The notes: generated by a model from the sequence alone, not told the origin. DNA of 62,861 nucleotides, filler included, from Dugesia japonica (GCA_001938525.1; 6 parts of 6 records of this genome joined end to end with filler, not necessarily neighbours in it), one strand, 5' to 3'; shown: positions 24,901-39,245, counted from the whole stretch's first letter. Program-made: numbers and translations.

Positions 24901-27900
24901 ACATAGAATTGGATTTAAAATTAAGAAATTTAGAGAGGTTTGGTGGTTTAACTGGTATTGGTAAAGCCTTACAAGAAGTTCAATCTAAATTAATGCCTAA
25001 ACAAAGATCGGAAGTACCATTTAATATACTATTAATGACCGATGGAGTTAATAATATTTACCCGAGACCTTATGGAGTAGCCAATGCCCTTAAACAAGAT
25101 AAAGCCAATATTATCACTTTAGGGATCGGATCAGACATTAATCTGTAAGAGTTATAAAAAAAATTAAAATTAAAATAATTATTTCAAATTATTACTGAAT
25201 ATTGCGGTTTTTTCTTATTATGTATAATAAATGTTCACATTTGCCAGGCTAAGTCAAAAGTTATTACCGTTTTATACATACATTAAACTTGATTTTTCTA
25301 TTTTAAGAATAAAAACGCTATGGAAAAGACAAATTGTTGTGTATTATTAGTTTATTTATATATTTTATTTTTTAGTTCAATATTTTTGACATTTTACATT
25401 ATTAATAGAGAAAAGGTTAAAATGCAGCAGCTGAGACTTGAAAAATATGTAATATTGAAGGCTAGATTGTAGTAAAAAAGAGTACAATTAAGTGGTAGCT
25501 CCGGAGTTCCAAACAAGGGGACACCAGTCTCAACGATCAAAAGCGTTCAGTCCGATCATCATTGATGAACAAAGAAGAACCGTGTGTCGTGGTGTAACAG
25601 TAATCGTCTTCCAGAACCTAAACACTGTTGGAGGAATCAAGTCCTTGGCAAAACACAATTTTTTGTCATTCGCATAACTTTGGTAATAAGTACACAAATT
25701 TTCTATGAGTTCTCCATAACTTGACAGAAATCCAAGAAAAAAAACTGTCGTCATCATACAAATATATGTTGGTTATATATCACATTTCACGATGACTCAG
25801 TTTACATTATTACAACAAAGATTCAAGCAATTATTCTGAATATAAGATGATTATATTTAAGCAAAAATTATTTTCAAAAATTTCAAAAATCTCATATAAA
25901 ATTAAACTTAACTTAAAACATAAAGTTTTAAATTGAATGTTATACATTTTAGTATAAAAATCAAATTAATTGTAAACTATCTAAATACTAAAATACTTTT
26001 ATTAATCCAGTTGAACTGCTTACACAAAATTTTAAAATTCAAAATATCATAAAAAGTATTAGACTTATTTTAATGTTCGGAAATATTACTATCACCACCT
26101 ATGAAGTTTTGCTCTTGAATTATTGTACAAAAATAACCAATAGCCTCTTCAATGTATGTGGCATTNNNNNNNNNNNNATTTAAATTGATAAACCAGGTCA
26201 GAACGCAAACAAAACGGTGTATAAAATATAACATTTATGTTAATAATTTTATAAGAGATAAATAATTCCTAAATAAGAACGGTTTTTAGAGGCTATAAAG
26301 ATTTTGAATTGTTTGAAATCCTCAAAATAATGAATAAATATTTCTTAAATTTATAATTGTTTAATTTATTATATTAAGCCATTTATTATAAATTATTATT
26401 GATTCCCTTAGGTCATTGTTTATTTCATATGAAATAATATATAAAGGTATGTCGTAAAATAGTTTCGTCTAATAGTGTGAAAATAAAATGTTTTTTGAAT
26501 TTAACCATTTATCTGAGGAACATTTTTGTTTTGAAGACTTGGAAATGCAAAGATTGGAGAACTACATAATTTTTCTTTCAGTATTTTAAAGCTGCGGTTA
26601 CATTCTTCAGTCCACTGTACGACTTCTTTTGATCCAGTTATTGCTGCATATAATGAACTGTCAATTGTTACGTAATATTTAATAAACATACTGTAATTTG
26701 TCAATCTAAAAAAGGTTGGAATTTTGGTTGTAAATTTTGGAATAACAGCCTCTTTCACTTTATTAAAAATGTCAACTCTGGCTTCAATCCTTTCAGAACT
26801 GATTTTTTTACATGAATTTTCAGAACATGATTTTTTGTGTCTGACCGCAAATTAAAATGTCATCAAGATAAACGAGCACTCCAGTAAATAACATTTTGTT
26901 GAAAATTGTATGCATTAATTCTTGAAATGTTGCAGGATTGTCTTATTTGTGTGCTGAAAGCTGGTTTTAATTTTGTGTTAGTTCAATTTAGTTATACGCC
27001 TGCCATAGATCGATTGACGAGAAAAATATAGAGCCATTTAGTGTATCCAATAACATATTTATATCTGGAACAGGAAGAAATATTTTTCAGTTACCAAATT
27101 CAATTTCCTAAACTCAAGGCACATTCTGAGAGAACTATCTTTTTTCGGAACAATCACTAATGAAAAATTTCATGGACTTTGACAAGGTTTTTTAATATTT
27201 GCTGGTAATATATTTTGTATAAATTCGTCTATTTTGCCTTCTAATGACATAGATAGTCTTCTTGGATAAANACGGGTCCTCCTTTAGTTTCTATATGCAT
27301 TGTCATATTTGTTAAACCTACACCAAATGTTGAATTCATAAATATGTGATCATATTTATCTAGTAATTCAATTATTCTAATACTGGTATTTAGCTTGAAT
27401 GTATAAATATTTTTATTATTATGTTTCTTATTTTTGCATATAACATCTTTTGAATCTGTGAAATTGATCTATTTTATTCCCATTTCAAACGCTTCCAATA
27501 TATTAATACCACCAATAAAATTTTGTCAAATGTCATTAACAATAATTATTTCTCTCATTATATGCTTTTTAATTCAAAATAATGTATTTCTGGTTTTTTC
27601 TGGGCATTTTTCACTTTTCTCAGAATTTTTTGTGAACCTATCTTCTTCTAAATGTCTTCACTCATCATTGAGGCAGTCACTCCAGATTCCTATAACACCT
27701 CTACACTAATTCCATTACAATTTACACACTTCAATTGCTACCGTTACGTAATCGATACTTCAGTTTAACATCAGATCTTCTATCAATATCTCGATTTTTC
27801 TATTTAAATTTTTTTAATGCAACATCTTAACTGGACTTTCATAGCTTTTATTGACATCATTTACATTACTTTTTGCTACAAATGCATCAAAGTTTGCAGC

Positions 27901-28537
27901 AAATTCTCTCTGTTTTTTTATCATTTAACTTTGGTTGAAAAGTATCTAAGTCAATGATAACAAAAGATCCATTAAATTAGAGAATTATTTATTATTATAT
28001 AATTAATTTACAACTAATTATTCATATTTATATGAATATTGATTATTTTTTATTATATTTTATAATTTTTATTTATATTTGCATAAATTTTCATTATTTA
28101 CATCAATCAATAATTAAGCAATTAATTANNNNNNNNNNNNNNNNNNNNNNNNNNNNNNNNNNNNNNNNNNNNNNNNNNNNNNNNNNNNNNNNNNNNNNNN
28201 NNNNNNNNNNNNNNNNNNNNNNNNNNNNNNNNNNNNNNNNNNNNNNNNNNNNNNNNNNNNNNNNNNNNNNNNNNGCTCGATTTTTTATATTTTTCGTATA
28301 GATAACGTGCGCGATATCTGGCAGAAAATACGGTAATTAAATTTTATATTATTGTTTTTCTTTTTAGAAATGAATTAAAAGCTTTATCATCGAATGATAA
28401 AGTTCTAACTGTCGATTCATTTGATGAACTAGATACAAGTTTGAAAACAATTTTTGAAACTGTTATTTGCGGTAATTTTTGTTTACAATTTGTTTACATA
28501 AGTTTTGGAATTATACAATTTAGGAAGTGCACAATAA
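21914..28537 (+). CDS. 3' part of a multi-vWA (von Willebrand factor A) domain protein, matrilin/collagen VI-like
   Basis: Phase-compatible exons: 21914-22023 (NELQTLASPGLLVTFDSFSRL...HICPIP, end of a preceding vWA domain), 24638-24862 (DLVVVLDSSASI, MIDAS DxSxS), 24907-25144 (GLT..ALQ, LLMTDG, TLGIG), 28368-28471 (NELKALSS...VDSFDEL...VIC) and 28524-28537 (GSAQ*). Confidence 0.88.
26500..26900 (-). mobile_element. Ty3/Gypsy pol fragment (RT-RNase H connection) inside a vWA gene intron
   Basis: VQWTEECNRSFKILKEKLCSSPIFAFP matches the Gypsy W...C..AF..LK..L...P.L..P pattern. Confidence 0.75.
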
Positions 28538-29899
28538 GGTACTCCTGGATTTGTGGATTACGCGAATTTATGATTAGTTTCGGAATTTTTGTTTAACAAA
28601 ACTCTGATGAAATAAATTTTTTAAAACGTTTTGATTTTAAATTGAAAATTCCTAAAATTATTATTTCTAATTTACTACTTTATAATTGTAAGTAGTTAAA
28701 AAATATTAAGTATTAGTTTAAAATAGATAATTTCAGAATTTTTTTTAGTGAATATGAATAAAATTATTAAATATTGATGGATAAAAAATACTAATATAAA
28801 ATTAATTTGAATAATCAAAATTTGAATTGGAAATTTTTATAAAATAAAAACAATATAATAAAAACAATGAAAAAAATATAAATTTTGTATTTTTAAAAAA
28901 GTTTTAAAACTATTATTTTTATTACATTAACAATCATTATAAAAATTCATTTAAAGTAATCGCAAAATTTGAAAATATAATTGTTAGATGAGTTTGTAGC
29001 ACTCATCGTTGAATTGAATAAACAATTGATTTCATTAAACTTTTTTTAAAATTGTAAGAACAATTTTACAAATTACAACNNNNNNNNNNNNNNNNNNNNN
29101 NNNNNNNNNNNNNNNNNNNNNNNNNNNNNNNNNNNNNNNNNNNNNNNNNNNNNNNNNNTAATTAATCATTTTAATCATTTCATTAAACTTTTTTTTTAAT
29201 TGTAAGAACAATTTTATAATTACAATTATTGTGAGAATAATTGTTGGACTTAACCATTGATCGTATTTGAGATTTCATGAAATTAAAATAATAGCTTCGA
29301 TCAAAATATTGATTTTCTTTTCTTATATTTTTAAAAAACATATAAATAAATAAAAAATAAATATTAATAAATAATAAAAAATAAATAAACAGTCAATTTT
29401 GTTTAAATAATAAACATTATATTATTCATAAATAAATCATTAATATTAATGGCAACCACGTCGGAATTATGGCGTTAAGAAGAGCGAAACGCGAAGAAAG
29501 GCAAAAGATACTTTTCTAATTTGCCTAAAAAATCTTTCTGTTACCAATAAGGAGGTCGAAACATGGTTTTTGGAAAACTTTACAAATACAAAATCGATAA
29601 ATGATAAAGTAAAGGAATTATCTTTAATAAAATAGAGAACAAACGGTAAGTACAGAAATTTTGAGATTCGAGTTAATAAATGGTTACAGACGTTTTCCAA
29701 AAAAATTAACAATATAAGAAATTTCATTAATATTAATGGCATGTCTGTTTAATAGTAATTTCCTCATCAGTTTCTAATAAGTTGAGACAAAGTTTGGTGA
29801 ATACTCTGGTTGCTCCGAGATTTCCCAACCAATTTTCATTTTGGTTTTCTTTGCTCTTGAAGCAATATGAGTCTAAGATTTGTCAAACCACAATTTGTT

Positions 29900-30300
29900 T
29901 CATTTCATATGACTATTTCATCCTTTCCTTTTTCGCTTGAAATTTTTAGTCAATCGAATTAATTGGTCCTGGTAGCAATCAGCAGTAACTATTTCACCGG
30001 ACTTTAATGGCTTATAATATGTCCTTATATAATATCCTGAATATACCACGAAAAACAGATCATTTGCATTTTCCCTAAAAGATTAGACTTTTCGACCCAT
30101 GTTAATGGTTTTCTTGGATTTACCTGTAACTTTCGGATTATCATATTGTATCCATTTTGTATCTCTCATCACAATTTTCTGCAAGAAAGATTTTTGATGC
30201 TGTCTATTGAGAAGAGAAAAACAGGTTTCCATTCGTTGATTTTTGTTGGATTGAGTGAGTTCATGCCAGATCTCTTTTCCTTCTTTTTGGATAATATAAT
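29900..30300 (-). mobile_element. Second mariner transposase relic
   Basis: QKEGKEIWHELT...R..TCFSLLNRQ..KSFLQKIVMRDTKWIQYDNPK and YKPLKSGEIVTADCYQDQLIRL. These correspond to the WVPHEL, IVTGDEKW and TV...Y..QL motifs. Confidence 0.8.
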
Positions 30301-30554
30301 ATTATAATATATTTATATTGGTTTTTATTTGGACAATCTCGACTTATATGTCCTGTTTTATGACAACTCCAGCACTCTACAACTATTTTTGTCNGACAAT
30401 TTGCTTTAGTATGACCNATCTTATGACATAACCAACATTCAATATTTTGTTTTTCCTTTCTTTGCTCGACATGTCTATTTACTGTATGATTTACAGGTTT
30501 CTGGTAATTTCGATTTGTAACTCTCGCGTAACTTCTAACTGCATCAACTCGATC

Positions 30555-30654
30555 NNNNNNNNNNNNNNNNNNNNNNNNNNNNNNNNNNNNNNNNNNNNTT
30601 AATTAATTAANNNNNNNNNNNNNNNNNNNNNNNNNNNNNNNNNNNNNNNNNNNN
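30555..30654. other. Artificial contig spacer
   Basis: N run + TTAATTAATTAA (30599-30610) + N run. Confidence 0.95.
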
Positions 30655-30894
30655 ATTATTATTATTATTATCAAATAATAATAAATTAATTTTAATTTAA
30701 TTTTATTGGATTGATTACGTAACAGGTTTTATTGGTAGTTATACACAAACACTTTCCTTCTTATTTCACAACAGTAACTGATGATGGACATAGATTTGCC
30801 CAAAAACATGTCTTACAAATAAAAACATTAAAAAATTGCGTTTTCTAATTTATTTAGATCGAAGCAATACTCCAGGCAAGTATTTAACAACTCC

Positions 30895-33592
30895 AACGCG
30901 GGCTTAGGAGCAATGCCGTCATGGCATGTGCATAGTGCGCCATGATCAAAGAACGGCAAATTTACCGAAATTTATTTTCATGATTTTTAAAATTATATTT
31001 AAAAAATTTTGTGCTAATTTGATTTTAAGTATTTAATATGAACTTGATTATAAGATGTTGTAATTTATATTGATAATATGAACTAAATTTAATATGGATT
31101 TGTTTTATTGTGATTTTCCGAGCATTTCCAATCTCGATAAATTTAATATCTTACTTAATTGGTTTCAATCGACACTTGCGTTAGGTAGATATAAGTTTCT
31201 ATTTAATTCAACTATCATTACATTTTCAGTTTTTTAATTAAATTAAATGTAGAAAAAGTAAAAATTTCTTTAATAATGGATAAAAGAAAAAAACTACCTG
31301 GGGCTGAATATTGGAATCAAAAAGTTCAAACGGAGTTGTTCATGAAAAACCAAAAAGGTAGCTTATTAAAATTTCTAAGCACATCAAGAATATATTCTGA
31401 TTGTACTGTGAGTCTGAGTGTGAACATTTACGTGAGTATCGAAGAGGATAATTATGAAATATTAAGCTAAAATCTGAAAATATTATCAATAAATAATAAT
31501 AAAACCGGATCAAATGATTATTTGGATATTTGGAAATGGCCAGAAAATACTGCACGAATAACGGATTTATTCGTTGAAATTGGCCCTTTAAGAATTATAG
31601 ATTATGATATTCCTGTATCCATTGATAAAAGTGAAAATAAATGAAAATTTTCCAATGAAAACTATTTTTGAAAACTTTTTAATGAAGAGAAATATAATCG
31701 CAAGTGTTTAGTATATTCAAAAAAGAAAAACGTTTTATTTTGTTATTGTTGTAAGTTGTTCTTCAAAAAAAACTTTGCATTGAATCATAGAGGCTTTAGC
31801 GAATGGAAAAGCACTAATGAGAGATTGAATAGACATGAAACGAATTCAGAAAATTCGAATTGCTTTGAAACGTGGAATATGATTAAACAAATAAGACACA
31901 GATCAACAATAAATTCAATGCATCAAAAAAAACGAACGAAAACAAAATGCATTGGAAAAGCGTTTTAGAATGCCTGTTTTTTTAATGCATCGTATACAGA
32001 ACAAATGACATTAATTGTACTTTTTTTTATCCATTCGTCTCCTGATAAAAATAGTAACTTTTTAAAAATCCATGAGCGTTTTCTGGAATATGTAGATATT
32101 TACAGCAATACAAGAGCTGATTACNTTGAAAAAATTCTAGAAATTGTAAATGAATATTGAATATTTTTATATAATTTAAGAGGTTAGGGTTACAATAACG
32201 ACTCCAATATGCGAAAAAAGCATAGTGAAATGCAAAGCCAAATATCAACACTTACTTCTAGAGCTTGTTTTGTACCTGGCTCCGCACATTCTTTAAGTTT
32301 AGTTGTCAATGATGCAGCAAAATGTTGTATAGAAGCTGTAACTTTCTTCGATATTGTACAACATATATACGCTTGTTTCACCCTCTAAACAAAGGTAGGA
32401 TGTCTTAAATGTAAATGGGCAAGTCACATTGAAGCACTAAATCCGATTTGATTTCAATTTAAAGAAATGCTAAATGCTCTTAATGTATTTTTTTATGAAA
32501 AAACAAATATTCATCTCAAACAGTAGCTAAAAATAAAGCAATTTCCAAGTTGGGAAAAATAGAATGCTTTAAATTTATTTTCAGCCTGATTGTGTGGTAT
32601 GATATTTTAAGTCCCATAAATATTACAAACAAAATACTTAAGAATGAAAATAATAATGTTTTGGAAGCTATAACAGTGCTTTCTAAAAATATCGATTATT
32701 TAAAAAAGTACAAAGAGATGATAAGTTTAATAAAGTTATTGAAGAGGCCAAAAAATTGCACTAGAATTAGAAATTGAGCCATGGTTTGAGCAAATAAAAA
32801 TTCAACGCAGGAGAAGGCAATTCGACTATGAGCACCCAGATGAAGTAATCAAAGATGACGCACGAAATGTTAAGAATAATTTTTTAATAACATCCTTGAT
32901 CAAGCAATTATGTCATCAAATGATAGGTTTTTCGTTATTTGAGGAGCACAATAAAAATTTTAACTTCATTTATAGTTTGAATGCAGTGACAAAGAACTGC
33001 AAAAATGTTGGATGTAGATATTTTGCTTGCAGATGGTGAATAAAAAGATATATTCGGTTTCTATTTAAAGTTTTTAAGAAATTATTTTAAAGAATCCTGC
33101 TGCCCTCAAAATATATGCTCAAATATTTTGGCAGCGTTCTTGGCCAATGTTTCTGTAGAGCTAAGAATTTTTTTACTTTGCCGGCATCATTACCTAGCGC
33201 TGAAAGGGGTTTTTTGAAATTAAAATTAATTAAAACCTACATACGTTCTACGATGAGACAAGACCGGTTAGAAGCTCCGGCCATTTTATCAATTGAACAT
33301 GAAATCGCCAAAGATTTAAATGAAGAAAAATTAATTGACAGGTTTGCAACTATAAAGGCTCGAAAGATTAGTTTTTAACTCAACATACTGACATAAATAA
33401 GCATATCTTATGACTATGAAATTTTTTGAATATTAGATTATTGTTAGATTTGAATTGAATTTATTGTTAATGGATTAAATAAAAATAAGTGATTATAAAA
33501 ATTTTCCAGTATTGTTATTATTAAAAAGTTTAAAAAATAATATGGGGGCGGCCAAATTTCAATGTGCACAGGGAGCCGGAACCCTAATTACG
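30895..33592 (+). mobile_element. Decayed near-full-length hAT transposon (ZMYM1-like, TTF zinc finger)
   Basis: MDKRKKLPGAEY start; LVYSKKKNVLFCYCCKLF (TTF-type finger); FVPGSAHSLSLVVNDAA; C-terminal TLPASLPSAERGFLKLKLIKTYIRSTMRQDRL...FATIKARK. GC-rich terminal blocks at ~30895-30945 and ~33543-33592. Confidence 0.9.
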
Positions 33593-35687
33593 TATATTAA
33601 TATTTTATTATTTAATTTCATTAATCTTATAATATTTCACAATGTTAATTTGTAATAAAATATTTAATGATTCATTTTCAATATCCACCAAACCATACTA
33701 TTTCTTTTTATTGGCATGATTTTATTTAAATTTTTGCCTATATCATCTTCTCCCAGGAAAGATATTGTCAGTGTGTTAAAAAAAGCAAGTTAAATTTTTT
33801 GTGTGATTAGTGATCATATTTTTAAAATCTTTTGTTCAAAAAAAATTTAAAGTTTTGATGAAGAATTTAAATAACAAAAATTTATTTTAAATGATAAATT
33901 AAAACTTTTCAGTAAACGGAAATTTATTTTAATTTTAAATAAATAAATAAAATTGTTTGAAATAAATTAAATTAAAATTATGTTGAATAAATTAAGTTTC
34001 AATTTAAAAAATTCAAAAATGATGATTGGATAATAAAGTAAATTTTTATTATATAAAATTTTCTAGGTGAAAGAAATTTCCTTAAATTTTAAATAAATAA
34101 ATAAAATGTTTGAAATAAATTAAATTAAATTTTAAATAAATAAATTACAGTTNNNNNNNNNNNNNNNNNNNNNNNNNNNNNNNNNNNNNNNNNNNNNNNN
34201 NNNNNNNNNNNNNNNNNNNNNNNNATAGTTTTGATTTTCAAATAAAGTGTTGTAATGAATTCGAATTTTGATATTAATGATACGTTGAGTCTTCCAAACT
34301 CAACTAACATGATATAATTGAATAATTTAATCAAAAAAGATTTTTAATTAATTAAACTTTGATATTAAAATAGTTTTAGTCTAATTTCATTTATTCTTCT
34401 TTATTTATTTAACTTTCATTTCCTATTTTATTGTTTTACGATTTAAAACTGTTTTATTTTGAAATACTAAATTATCGCAGCAGTGGAATGATATGGTTCG
34501 TTATCTCTCGATTAATTTTCTCAGGAATGTCAGAAAATACCAAGAAATGAATGTTAATCGTGTTTTACTTTTGAGCACATCATTACTATTCCAACAAAGT
34601 CAAAAAATATTCTTTTAGCAATCGTAGCGTTCAATTTAACACTTGAAAATTTTTAGAAATTGTAAAAAATGTTAAGTATGACGTAAAAAGATTTTAAAAG
34701 TAAACTTTTATTTAATATTCGAAATTCAATCTAATCTATATCTATTAATTTATACATTATCAGAATTAACATCCCTATAATGTACAGCAAAATTCTTATT
34801 TTTTTAAAATTTGTGAAATAAAAAGTGTCTATTATATTTATTGTTATTTACAAATACATTTTTATGAATCAAATTCGAAAAAAATTGAAAATATTAAGAG
34901 GTAATAATGATATTGATATTTTTGCACGACAAATACCATATTATTCAAGACATTTTCGCATCTTTTCACGCATTGTGTGTGTTTGTTCGTATACTCGTGT
35001 TGGATCAGTTGTTATGATGTACGTTGACACGTGTGTGGTCATTGTGTGCACAAATAAATCTGAAGATTTGCTCAATTCTTGGAAAAAGAATAATTTTGTG
35101 ATAACGATAATGATTTAGAATTTGAAAATGTCGTAATCTTAAATCTCATTTAGCCGTTATATTTTTCATTTCTTGCAGTTATTTTATATTATTCCTTATT
35201 TAATACATAATATAAAAATGTTTATAATTTATTATGAAAATTACTATAGTAGAATATTCAAATTTTAATATGGTCTTTGTGTGCCACGTTCCAGTTCTCT
35301 ATTTCATTTTTGAAGTTTTGGTACTTATTGGTTAAGTAATATTTGATAAAATATATTTGATTTTAAAGTATTCATTAAACTTTTAACTTTTTCCTATAAT
35401 GTATTTTTGAGCGTTTCTATTTAAATTACGACAATCATTTACATTACTTGCTAATTTTTATAAATACCGTTATAGTTGACATGTTTATTTAGTTTGAACG
35501 TAATTATGGAATTAATTAAAACTGACATGGTTTGTAATTATACGATTAATTAATAATTAATACTTTACCATTAGTGATTATTGTTTCCTATTTTTTACTA
35601 TTACTAATAGTCCATTCTTATTTTTTATTTGATCCATGAGCATGATTAAACTCTTAAAAATTTATATATATGGTTTTTTTATTTTAG

Positions 35688-36443
35688 GTTTTGGATGATC
35701 CAGTTTGGGAACGATATTTTAATGTTGAAGGCGCGAAAATATTTTTTCAAGAATTATATCTGACTTTATTCAGCACTAAAGTTCTAATTTATTTTGGTTG
35801 TTCAAAAAGATTTCGTCGATGCTTTCTTGAAATTTTTGGTTTAAAAACCATAATAGGCTCACGTTTTAAAAAACGTACTTTGCCAAATCAAGAATCTCAC
35901 AAACGACCAAAATCCAAACCAATTTCATATTATATTGAAAGAAGTAAAAATTCCTATCCATTTTCTAATGAGAGAATATTGGAGAAATCTATCGCAACAG
36001 AAAAACATAAAAATTGTCCACGAGTTCATAAAATAAATCCATCGGTGAATAAAAATGCTATTAATTGTAGAAGAGACCCTAAAATGCAGACATTTGATCG
36101 ACAGTTTACAAAACATAGTAATAATAAAGTAATTGAACCAATTTACTATTCAGTTCCTCGGTCTTTAATTTCAAAGCATCATACTCATTGCTGCAAAAAA
36201 AATTTCGTAAACAATATTGACAATGTTAAAAACAATTCAAAAACACAACAACAAAAGAAACAGTTTCATAATGTCTACAGTGAATTCGAATATCACAGTT
36301 CATCAACACCGAGTTCTCCAGATGAATCCCCGACTGTGTTTGTGAAGAATTGCAATTGTTATGAAAGCTCCGATTCTGAAACGAGTACCGATAAAGTAGT
36401 ATTGAAATATAAAAAATATGGAAATCGATTACACCAAGTATAA
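35688..36443 (+). CDS. Terminal exon of a rhodopsin-family (class A) GPCR: ECL3, TM7, helix 8 and long C-tail
   Basis: Follows a TTTTAG acceptor. LYLTLFSTKVLIYFGCSKRFRRCFLEIF fits TM7 (variant NPxxY) plus the SxxFR helix 8. A TM6-like stretch (MVFVCHVPVLYFIFEVL, then GT) at ~35270-35320 splices in phase 0. Confidence 0.65.
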   Translation, partial: VLDDPVWERYFNVEGAKIFFQELYLTLFSTKVLIYFGCSKRFRRCFLEIFGLKTIIGSRFKKRTLPNQESHKRPKSKPISYYIERSKNSYPFSNERILEKSIATEKHKNCPRVHKINPSVNKNAINCRRDPKMQTFDRQFTKHSNNKVIEPIYYSVPRSLISKHHTHCCKKNFVNNIDNVKNNSKTQQQKKQFHNVYSEFEYHSSSTPSSPDESPTVFVKNCNCYESSDSETSTDKVVLKYKKYGNRLHQV

Positions 36444-36755
36444 ATAGGAGAATTTTAAAATCTTAAATCCATTTTTGAATGCTCTAGTTATGATTTAATG
36501 CACCTTTGTATTAGAGTTTGTATTTTCATTTTGATTAAACAATTAGAAAATATTTTATTCTTATTTGATTGCTGTGAAAATAATGATACAATTAAAAAAC
36601 ATTTTTTACATTTTTAAATTCTGTTTTTACGCGAAATATTTTTACACGAATTTGATTTTATGCGATTCCAAAAAAGCTATTGTACTCTGTTTTTAAATGG
36701 TTTAAATTTTTTCATTAAAAACCTTATCCCCAAAATTTTGGAATATATATATTTA

Positions 36756-37125
36756 TGGTGGTGTAGCCAAAAAGGTTTAAATTTCATTTTTTGACGCCAC
36801 TTCATATCCTTAAAAATAGGTCATCCACTTAAATAATGAAAAACCAAAATAATTGTTAAATAAAAATTATTTTTCCTACTTTATTCCCTTTATTATTATT
36901 ATTATTATTTTATTAATTTATTTACAGTAATACTGTGTACTCTTATTCACTATAATTATTTATTTTTATCTGATATCCCATACGTTATCGCCGTACTTTA
37001 AAGAATCAGCTAATGACGGTATTATTTAATACTTGGCGTCTTTGTTGTTTTATGTTAGTAAACGAAAACATAAATTTTGACAAAAATTTAAACCCCCCCT
37101 TCATATATTCCTGGCTGCACCACTG
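36756..37125. mobile_element. Non-autonomous hAT-type MITE in TA-repeat context
   Basis: Imperfect TIRs TGGTGGTGTAGCCA and TGGCTGCACCACTG. Confidence 0.55.
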
Positions 37126-38769
37126 TATATATATATATGTGTGTGTGTGTAGTAATAAATGGGCAATAAAATATAAAATTTGAAATTTGTAAAAATCTTA
37201 TGAATAAATTATAAAAATAAAATAATAAAATTAAATTATTAAAATTAGCCAAATTAGCATATAGTTGAGTTAGTAAGAACATACAAATAGTAGTATTTAA
37301 AATTAATAAGGGGAAATATTATTGTGAATTTAAAATGGGAAAAATTAATAATATAAAAATAATTAAAGTATAAAATAATTTAAATATAAAATAATAAAAT
37401 ATTACCACGTAAGTTGACGAGCATGGCGCCCGCCAAGAGGAAAAGCGAAAATAATGAAATTATTTATATCATTTTTGTTAAGAGGATGATGGGCATGGAT
37501 TATGATAAGAAAGCGAAAGTCATTAAATAATTAAACAGAGATATTAAAATTTTGACAACCCAGAAACTGGTTTAGATGAACAGAGCAAGAAAAGAAAACC
37601 CCCGAGCCACAAAATGAAAATTAAAATTTCAAATTAAGTAAAATAAGATTAATTCAAACTTTGACATGGAAATTAAAATGTCAAATTATATTAATGAAAT
37701 TAGTTGAAAAGATAAAAATTTTGAATGGAAATTTTAAACGAAATAAAAGTTTTATTTTAATTATAGCAATTAAGTTATATTTTATATATACATGNATATA
37801 ATGATAATANAAATAACTATGGATATAAAGATATCCATAGATCAAATAAAAAGGTAAATCAGATATAAATAGTTGTATTAGGAAGTAGAAATAATAAATA
37901 GGGAATAAAAAAATTAAATTAGTAATATAATTACATATCATGTAAATTGTTATAAATGCTCAAACAATATTAAACATATCAATAAATGGTATTTACAAAT
38001 TTAGACAGTAATGTAAAGATGTATATTAATATAAATAGAAAAAGAAAATTTATTGAAACGTAAATTGTTATAATGAATTTTAAATATCCCGGTTAGTAAT
38101 TCACGATGGTGAAATGTTCAGATGGTGTAAAGATATAAAGATCAATATTTAAGCTATTATGAAATAATGAACAAATTGAAATCAACCATTGTTATGAATA
38201 AGAATTAATATAAAGTGGGTAAAATATCTAAGTAAAACTGAGTAAATTGTAAATCTATCAGATCGATAAAATAATGACAGAAAAATGAATATGTTGAATT
38301 AAATTATGTATCAAAGTAAAAAACCACAAATCATTTCAAATTATGTGAAATCATTCTAATAAATGATGTGGAAAATACATGTTATGAAAGTTTGAGTGAT
38401 TCAATTCAAATGAAATAATAAATTAAAATACATTAAACATAGTAAATTAGGTATAACGAGAGTTGTTGACAATTTTATTAAAATATAGGATTATTATAAA
38501 ATTTTTCGGACTCGATCCTGAACCTTCCTTGGTAATGAAAAATATAAAATTGATGTGCGTCCAATTGGAGATCAGTATAGCTAAAACATTTTCATTGGTT
38601 GATATTAGAATGTAAAAATCATCTTGACAACTATTATTTGTTAATACATTTTATTTGTTTTCTCTGTCTAATTAAGTTGTGTGTGCATGATTAAGTATTT
38701 AAACAATTTGAATTTTTGTAAAAATTTGCAAAATTTTGCAGAAGACTTATGATTGTATTTTGTGTTTAA

Positions 38770-39245
38770 CAATAAAGTTTATTTAGAGGTTATATTGTGT
38801 TATTTCAGAAACATTTCAAGTTGAATAATATCAATTTTATTAAAAAAAGAATTTAGATATTTCTGCAAGATGGACCTTTATCTGATCAGTAGAGTCAAGT
38901 AAATTATTCATAGTCAAGCAATTTAGCATATATAATAGCTAATTGTTGGAAAACACCCAACATATATATATATATATANNNNNNNNNNNNNNNNNNNNNN
39001 NNNNNNNNNNNNNNNNNNNNNNNNNNNNTACCAATAAAGTTTATTTAGAGGTTATATTGTGTTATTTCAGAAACATTTCAAGTTGAATAATATCAGTTTT
39101 ATTAAAAAAAGAATTTAGATATTTCTGCAAGATGGACCTTTATCTGATCAGTAGAGTCGGGTAAATTATTCATAGTCAAGCAATTTAGCATATATGATAG
39201 CTAATTGTTGGAAAACACCCAACATATATATATATATATATATAC
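38770..39245. repeat. Near-identical ~210-bp direct duplication flanking a gap (probable assembly overlap)
   Basis: 38770-38978 is repeated at 39032-39245 with only a few substitutions. Confidence 0.85.

Noticed and set aside
38770-39245. Tandem segmental duplications here and at 47568-48105, 29020-29225 and 33920-34150
   Set aside because: Each straddles an N gap and most are near-identical; probably unmerged contig overlaps or haplotypes.
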